Assembly: GCF_031769215.1 (NCBI RefSeq) | Contig: NW_026782363.1 | Coordinates: 1,116,001 to 1,180,000, forward strand | Source: Ylistrum balloti | Taxonomy: Eukaryota | DNA: 64,000 bases | Reading direction: 5' to 3' | Part shown: in pieces, positions 55,527 to 64,000 of the stretch | Numbering within the stretch: the stretch's first letter is position 1 | How the letters are laid out: each line of letters begins with the position of its first letter | The notes under the pieces: generated by a model | The model's input: the letters and a program-made list of their open reading frames with translations, nothing else | What the model was told of the DNA's origin: nothing | The model's database searches: none | Translations under genes and position numbers: made by a program

Positions 55527-57474
55527 AAATGTACGGAATCATGCGTGTGCCACACTGATATTCATTATCTAACATCGATCGTTTACATGAAATCATTATC
55601 GGCAAACCGTACTAGTATCTACTAACTAACCTATCACAATGTTAGTACACATGAACGTGAAACAGAACCACGTATAATGGGAGTTCAAAGTCTCGTTTAA
55701 ATATGTATACACGACCGCTTTGTACAGTTCGGCTGCCGTAGAAAATTGCATCAGAAAATTGTAAAGAGTCAAGGTCATTCAACGGGATATCCCTCGGCAT
55801 TTCTCGGTGGTGACGAAATATCCCGTGATGGTTACAGTAGCGTGGTTAATTTTAGATCTAACGTATCGCTCGCTGATTGGTCAGAATATTTATCGACTGA
55901 CACAGTAATATGACAGACTGTGTAGACCACGAAGAGATTCCAGAATATTCTATAAAAATGTGATATTTTCTACATGGATTTTGAGCGAAAAGTAACATTA
56001 CTATGCATGCTAATTATACAAAAATGAATATTATCGACCTTGTGATTTTAATAAATATATGAATAGTACGTATTCTTGAACTAATCTTGTTACCGTGGTT
56101 ATATTAAAACCAGGATAGAGAGAAAAAAGTTTTGAACAAAGAAGAAAGATGAGGAGCGGTAGGTTGCGTTAGCCGGAAGGAATTGAAGTCACCTTATTTC
56201 ACGCCTGACGGGGTAGTATGATTTGGGTAACCAGAGGAAAGATTGTGAAATATTTAAAGAAAAAAGATTAAGGTAATGCCTTGTGAATTGTACACACTCA
56301 GTGAAACTAGAGAAAACACAAAACAGGACGCGTTAAATGTATATGTACATGACAATTACATGCACTGCTAAAAATTAAGGTGATGCTTGTAACGGTGATG
56401 CTGCTGTAATTGAAATTATTATCATCGACCACGTGCCACATAAAACAAAAAGTAATACACGTACACGGAACAGATCCCGTAGCCTCCGACGGACATAGTT
56501 ATTGTTTTCATTTTACATGCAGATGTATACATTCTGTATAACACAGACAATATTAATTATACTGACAAATTTGCCCTAGGCTTAGATAGGGTGAAAAATG
56601 TAACTATATTGTATAAATCAAAACATAAACGGCATGTTTGTGTTTACGTCATCATCTCCATCACAATCTCATGTGTATGCAAATTAGAACACACCGGTAA
56701 TAATTGTTCACTCCACTTAGACATAACAAAGAAAAATCATTAAAAGTGATTATGATTTAATAAAAAAAATAAATGTCGATATTATATTTTCGTTTTTCTA
56801 GCAATTTTCTTTAACTTGGTCAATAATCTTTCAATATCTTCATGCCCAATGATCACGCGACACTAGAGAGGGCCGGAAAACAATAATGGCCTTATTTCTG
56901 TTTTATCTTGTCAAAATTAGTTGGATCTCACGTTTCATTAAGTTTGATGGTGACTGTCCACTGCCCACTGCCCACTGATGTCACAGCATGTCCATGTAGA
57001 TATACACTAAGCATACGAACAGGATTACATCAGATTCCCAGACTTCTGACGTGGCTTTACTAGCATGCCACGCTCCATTAGAGCACGTTTCGAATCTGAT
57101 ATTATCGTATAATGTAATGTTTTAACAAAATTTCCTGGTTCCCTAAATCATTGTTTTGGCAGTGACCATACGGTGTTAAATGTAAATAAGAAGGCATTTG
57201 GGGAGATTTCAGAAAATGTGTTTATTTTCATATAGTTAGATAATTTACAGAAGTTAGTACAGATTTTTGTTTATTTTGGCACGGCCAATCAATTCTTATT
57301 ATTTCCAATTGATTATTTAGCTTTCAATGGAAACACTTGTAGTGCATAAAAGTAGTTGGAACAAATTTTAAGAAAATGTTATTATTTATCGGTAGTAAAG
57401 GTTTCACTGTAATGATTTGTATAGCACGATTTGGTTATAAAAACGGTGTACCATATTGAATATGACTGTTCACT

Positions 57475-58680
57475 AGTAATTAGGACTGTACGTCAGTCAT
57501 TAGGATGGCACAGCAGTAATTAGGACTGTACGTCAGTCATAAGGATGGCACAGCAGTAATTAGGACTGTACGTCAGTCATAAGGATGGCACAGCATTAAT
57601 TAGGACTGTACGTCAGTCATTAGGATGGCACAGCAGTAATTAGGACTGTACGTCAGTCATAAGGATGGCACAGCAGTAATTAGGACTGTACGTCAGTAAT
57701 TAGGATGGCACAGCAGTAATTAGGACTGTACGTCAGTCATTAGGATGGCACAGCAGTAATTAGGACTGTACGTCAGTCATAAGGATGGCACAGCAGTAAT
57801 TAGGACTGTACGTCAGTAATTAGGATGGCACAGCATTAATTAGGACTCTACGTCAGTCATTAGGATGGTACTTCAGTAATTAGGATGGTACTTCAGTCAT
57901 TAGGATGGCACAGCAGTAATTAGGACTGTACGTCAGTCATTAGGATGGCACAGCAGTAATTAGGACTGTACGTCAGTCATTAGGATGGCACAGCAGTAAT
58001 TAGGACTGTACGTCAGTCATAAGGATGGCACAGCATTAATTAGGACTCTACGTCAGTCATTAGGATGGCACGGCAGTAATTAGGACTGTACGTCAGTCAT
58101 TAGGATGGCACAGCAGTAATTAGGACTGTACGTCAGTCATAAGGATGGCACAGCAGTAATTAGGAGTGTACGTCAGTAATTAGGATGGCACAGCAGTAAT
58201 TAGGACTGTACGTCAGTCATTAGGATGGCACAGCAGTAATTAGGACTGTACGTCAGTCATAAGGATGGCACAGCAGTAATTAGGACTGTACGTCAGTAAT
58301 TAGGATGGCACAGCATTAATTAGGACTCTACGTCAGTCATTAGGATGGTACTTCAGTAATTAGGATGGTACTTCAGTAATTAGGACTGTACGTCAGTCAT
58401 TAGGATGGTACTTCAGTAATCAGGACTGTACATCAGTTGTTCGGTTGGTACATTCGTTCTTCCGATGGTTCATGAGTAATTAGGACTGTACGTCAGTAAT
58501 TAGGATGGTACGTCAGTAATTAGGACTGTACGTCAGTTGTTTGGAGGGTACATTCTTACTTCCGATGGTTCATGAGTAATAAGGACTGTACGTCAGTAAT
58601 TAGGATGGTACGTCTGTCATTAGGATTGTATGTCAGTAATTAGGATGGTTCGTCTGTCATTAGGATTGTAAGTTAGTAAT
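57475..58680. repeat. 40-bp (2 x 20) minisatellite
   Basis: Unit cagtaattaggactgtacgtcagtcattaggatggcacag, degenerating at the right end. Confidence 0.95.
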
Positions 58681-58695
58681 AAGGATTTTAAGGAT

Positions 58696-59240
58696 TTCAG
58701 TATTTAGGAGTATCCTCACAAAATGTCAGTATTTAGGAGTATCCTCACAATGTGTCGGTATTTAGGAGTATCCTCACAATGTGTCGATTTTTAGGAGTAT
58801 CCTCACAATGTGTAGGTATTTAGGAGTATCCTCACAATGTGTCGGTATTTAGGAGTATCCTCACAATGTGTCGGTATTTAGGAGTATCCTCACAATATGT
58901 CAGTATCTAGGAGTATCCTTACAAAATGTCGGTATTTAGGAGTATCCTCACAATGTCTCAGTATTTAGGAGTATCCTCACAATGTCTCAATATTTAGGAG
59001 TATCCTCACAAAATGTCGGTATTTAGGAGTATCCTCACAATGTGTCGGTATTTAGGAGTATCCTCACAATGTGTAGGTATTTAGGAGTATCCTCACAATG
59101 TCTCAGTATTTAGGAGTATCCTCACAATGTCTCAGTATTTAGGAGTATCCTCACAAAATGTCAGTATTTAGGAGTATCCTCACAATGTGTCAGTATTTAG
59201 GAGTATTCTTACAATGTATCGGTATATAGGAGTATCCTCT
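58696..59240. repeat. 29/30-bp minisatellite
   Basis: Unit cagtatttaggagtatcctcacaatgtgt, ~18 copies. Confidence 0.95.
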
Positions 59241-59417
59241 TGTTTGATAAGGACTCTTTGTGAGTAGTAAGGACATTTTTTGTGTCAGTGATAAAAATTA
59301 CTTTTCAAATACTACTTTATAAATGATTAATTTACATCATTATATCTGTATACTTTAGTTATTAGGACGTAACCTCGGTAATCAAGGTAGCATGACAACC
59401 ATTACGTGTTTACTGAT

Positions 59418-60522
59418 TAGGACAAATTTCAGTAATTAGATCAGTACCTGTCATTAGGACTGTTTCTCTGTTTAGGACTATTTCAGTAATTAGGTCAGTA
59501 CCTGTCATTAGGACTGTTTCTCTGTTTAGGACTATTTCAGTAATTAGGTCAGTACCTGTCATTAGGACTGTTTCTCTGTTTAGGACTATTTCAGTAATTA
59601 GATCAGTACCTGTCATTAGGACTGTTTCTCTGTTTAGGACTATTTCAGTAATTAGGTCAGTACCTGTCATTAGGACTGTTTCTCTGTTTAGGACTATTTC
59701 AGTAATTAGGTCAGTACCTGTCATTAGGATTGTTTCTCTGTTTAGGACTATTCAGTAATTAGATCAGTACCTGTCATTATGACTGTTTCTCTGTTTAGGA
59801 CTATTTCAGTAATTAGATCAGTACCTGTCATTAGGACTGTTTCTCTGTTTAGGACTATTTCAGTAATTAGATCAGTACCTGTCATTATGACTGTTTCTCT
59901 GTTTAGGACTATTTCAGTAATTAGGTCAGTACCTGTCATTAGGACTGTTTCTCTGTTTAGGACTATTTCAGTAATTAGGTCAGTACCTGTCATTAGGATT
60001 GTTTCTCTGTTTAGGACTATTTCAGTAATTAGATCAGTACCTGTCATTAGGACTGTTTCTCTGTTTAGGACTATTTCAGTAATTAGATCAGTACCTGTCA
60101 TTATGACTGTTTCTCTGTTTAGGACTATTTCAGTAATTAGGTCAGTACCTGTCATTAGGACTGTTTCTCTGTTTAGGACTATTTCAGTAATTAGGTCAGT
60201 ACCTGTCATTAGGATTGTTTCTCTGTTTAGGACTATTCCGTAATTAGATCAGTACCTGTCATTAGGACTGTTTCTCTGTTTAGGACTATTCAGTAATTAG
60301 ATCAGTACCTGTCATTAGGACTGTTTCTCTGTTTAGGACTATTTCAGTAATTAGATCAGTACCTGTCATTAGGACTGTTTCTCTGTTTAGGACTATTCAG
60401 TAATTAGATCAGTACCTGTCATTAGGACTGTTTCTCTGTTTAGGACTATTTCAGTAATTAGGTCAGTACCTGTCATTAGGACTGTTTCTCTGTTTAGGAC
60501 TATTTCAGTAATTAGGACTGTA
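59418..60522. repeat. 54-bp minisatellite
   Basis: Unit ttaggactgtttctctgtttaggactatttcagtaattaggtcagtacctgtca, ~20 copies; gives 18-aa periodic pseudo-ORFs on both strands. Confidence 0.95.
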
Positions 60523-61808
60523 TGTCCGTAATTAGTTGTATTTTCCGTCAGTAATTATCAGTGAACTTGTCAATACGTTCGAGATACAAAAGAGTAAACA
60601 GAAATATTTTTTGTTTGTATTTTTATTACGAAAAATATTGTAATAAAGTTATTTTTATAAATGCTTATAGATTTCTAATACTTAAATCCAACTAAACAAC
60701 AGACAACAAAATGAGTTGGTACAAATGTTAACATTTTCACATCACACACAGGCCACACACGAGGTCATTGGTGTGCCCGGTTTAACAGGCATTCCTCCCT
60801 ATAAATAAACACGCGCCATTCTTTCATGGTTCAAAAGTCACTTTTCGAGTAAACAATGGTGATATCGATACAACAATAAACACACTGAAAAGTTCATCAG
60901 ACATAAATCTTACAACAAATCATTACCTTGGTAACAGTGACCAGGGTGACTCGTCTGAAATCACTGAGCCATGTCTCTATTACATAACGACATCTGTACA
61001 TCACTATTTCAGGTTATACCGACGAATAACTCAGTCGTTTGATTTTTTCACTCTTTATAACAAGATCCGAACTGGATCAAACTGGCCAAAACAGGAATAT
61101 CTTTCACTGGCAGTTGATACCTTACGCCAGCAATGAACAACAGTTCGTCACCATTTGTTCCCTTGTGAGTATTAGGTAAATTTCGCTTTTAAACAAGAGG
61201 ATCACACTTCTTCATTGTCATCTCTAAGGATGTTAAGCGTATGCAATTAAAATCCTATAAATTCTAAATATAGAGGTCATAAGGTTTGTCCAGAGTTTTT
61301 GAGGAGACAACTTCTACCAAGGGTGGCCCAACTTTAGGTAAACATAGGGAGCTGCCATCATAGTATCATTGATGAATTCTGATTGAAAACAAGAACTTTG
61401 TAAATAGAGCTAATGTAATCAGTTCTTCAGATGCCATGAGTTTGTAAACGTTATGAGATAAATACAGAGCAAATCTGCATCAGTTTGTCTTTTAGATCGC
61501 AACTTCCGTTAAATAGCGCCACGGTGTCAATCTCGATTTCCTACATACAGATCAGCAGATTTGCCTTTATGACGAGAATCAGTTTGAGCACCATGTTTGT
61601 AGTATACTCATATCCGCCAAGGATGTTTGTATGGTGAAATATCCGCTTCAAACCACGGATTGGAGCACCACATTAGAAACACATTATAGCTCTCGAAAGA
61701 ACGATTCTTGAGATAGTCAGTTCTGACTAGCTACAAATATATGTCTCTGGTTCTGAGAGCATGAGGTTGCCTCAAAGATCGGTGGGGTTCAATCGTCAAA
61801 CAATATGT

Positions 61809-63084
61809 TCATTTTGAGGATTTCATTTTTGGGCAAACCGAGGAATGAACCTTGACCAGTTCCATCAAATGGTCTCGTTCATCTCTAAGCCGCTGAATCT
61901 CGTCCTTCAGTTTTTCTTGTTTTTCCTCCAGCTTCTCAGTCTCCTGTAGAGATAAGTATTATAGTAAGCAAACAATGCAAAGGGTTTTGAAAGGGTATTC
62001 ATTTCAACAATAATCAGCTGACAGTAATTAGATATAAAAAGTATTTTGATTTCTTTTATTATATAATTCGACAATTGTATGATGAACATACTTGTATAAT
62101 TAAAGCCACTATTATTGATAAGTGAACCGTTTACTTACAGCCTCTAAAGTGTCGGCCACCTTCCTCTTCTTACTCCTACACTTCTGTGCTGCCAGTTTGT
62201 TTTTCTCTCGGCGTTCTATCCTTTTTCTTTCTTCTTCCTCAGTCAACTGTTAAATATGACGTAATGAGTTAAGAACATTGAACCAGGTAAAACTTAACAT
62301 ATCAAGGTTAAATATTTTGCTTTTTTCTTGCATGTCACCTGACTCTATCAAATTACATCGATTTCTTTGCATCCATACACATATATGGATACATAATCCA
62401 GTATCTCACTGGTTTTATTTACATGGTTATACCCTATCCATCATTAAATATCTGGGCCAAATTATTTACCTGTTCTGGTGGTGGCTCCACAAACAGTTCC
62501 GTAAGTTCCTCCTTCCCCTCCACCCGTCTGCGTTTCCGGATCCTGTTATTTATCTCGGCTTTCAAAATTGGCGACACTATTTCTTCCACTTCCGTTTCCG
62601 CCCCAACTTCATTCCAGTCCGACACGCTTTCTAATGATGGAGATGGGTTATCTTCATTTTCAGAAGTATTTGTTATCAGTTTGAGGAGTTCTATAGATGT
62701 TTCAGAAGGGTCAAATGTGAATTGTAATTGTTCGACCTCTATCTCGGCAGATGGTTCAGGCGTCTCTTGTATATCTGAAAAAAGAGATTAATTTGAAGTT
62801 TAACAGGTTTATATAGATAAGTTTCCTATTTATACAATCCAACATTTGATATATAAAGCTGTTTGAAACAGTAACGGCACGTGATATGAAGACTTTAACT
62901 AACCTTGACAGAGAGCCACATTCATTGGATCTACGACATTGTCGTCAAGGAAATCCATGGTGGAATCCATTGTTCTGTATGCAGAATAGCCAATCACGTC
63001 ACCTTCAGGAGTTAAATATTCACTCAAATCAGAGCCGGAGCCAATCAGCATGTCCAATATATCGTTCTGTGTTTGTTTGACCAT
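61809..63084 (-). CDS. Gene E: most canonical ATF3/Fos-family bZIP of the cluster, 4 coding exons, ~242 aa
   Basis: Exons 63084-62904 (MVKQTQNDIL..., phase-1 donor GTTAGT), 62774-62470 (acidic region plus VSPILKAEINNRIRKRRR...PPPEQ), 62246-62139 (108 nt, LTEEEERKRIERREKNKLAAQKCRSKKRKVADTLEA) and 61943-61809 (ETEKLEEKQEKLKDEIQRLRDERDHLMELVKVHSSVCPKMKSSK*). An acceptor at 63094-63093 implies an upstream exon; candidate donor near 63985. Confidence 0.9.
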
Positions 63085-64000
63085 TTCTGAGTCTGAAACA
63101 AAACATTGGAAATAAAGAAAACTGTTGTGATTGGCTAAGCGGTGCATTGGGGTTTGGTTTCATGGGAGGCTGTCAGTGATTGGCTGCATAAAGTGAATTA
63201 TCGAAGAGAAAATCATCAATGATTGGTTTAGTATGGGAGATTTAGGAATCGCTCGGTTAAGGAAATAATATTCTGCTAGGAAACATATATACATAAAAAT
63301 AGGGAAATTGTACAGGTCTATACCTGATCAAGTCCCCAGTAATCTACCATACATCATATCTACTCTTTTATACACATATGTATTGTCATGTGTATTATAA
63401 AAACATACATTCATGCACTGTATCATTATCAAAAAATTCGCATTAGAGACAAAAGAAAACATTTCATTTAATATTCATCATATGATTAAAGTTCAACTCA
63501 AGAAACCGTATCAACGTATAAAATCAATGAATCGTAGAGTTTCAGTCACGATATAGTGTTACGACCACTCCTTATAACCTCATTCCTATGTAAATTGCCT
63601 CGTAAGCGTTTATCAATGAAACACCGACGTCGGTGAAACGTTTTAAAAACAATCAAGCTAAACAGACACACGAACCTGGGTTTTTTTTTGATAAAATATT
63701 TGTGCGTTTATGGTTTTACAATTTGTATGTCACAAATATAACATCGAATTTAAAACAAATATATATATATATTCAATGCAACAATAAAACAATTTAACTT
63801 CCTCAAACATACAAAAATTAAAAATAAATAAATAAAAAAGAACAATAACACTAGGTACATTGATGATGTACCGTAAATAAATGTTAATTGTTTCCATAGT
63901 TGCGAAGTGCACGTGTGAATATTCCGCGCAGCGCGCACCAAATAATCAATACCTAATCAAAGACAATCATTGTTATTACCGTTACCTGGGTTAACAACAG

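Noticed and set aside
59410-60243. 18-aa periodic ORFs on both strands
   Set aside because: Translation of the 54-bp satellite; single-base deletions interrupt the frames.

Overview
AT-rich eukaryotic (animal) genomic DNA; the repeat style suggests an invertebrate such as a bivalve, which is inference only. The core content is a head-to-tail cluster of five spliced, highly diverged ATF3/JDP2/Fos-type bZIP transcription-factor genes, all on the minus strand (A 4060-9357, B 25181-26495, C 36587-43349, D 53981-55309, E 61809-63084). I rebuilt them by hand from GT-AG sites; the ORF track shows only fragments and misses the basic-region exons. All five share the Fos/ATF3 layout of a phase-0 basic-region exon followed by a zipper exon, and four carry an ATF3-like N-terminal P-x-x-K-E-E-L-type motif. 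DNA-contact residues, zipper quality and C-terminal tails differ strongly between them. A CRE-rich TATA promoter at ~2.6-2.7 kb points off the left edge and may belong to a sixth gene. Roughly a quarter of the window is tandem repeat (about 13 arrays), plus two LINE fragments, a MITE and a probable Illumina adapter remnant. The long ORFs in the track at 27-33 kb and 59-60 kb are minisatellite artefacts.
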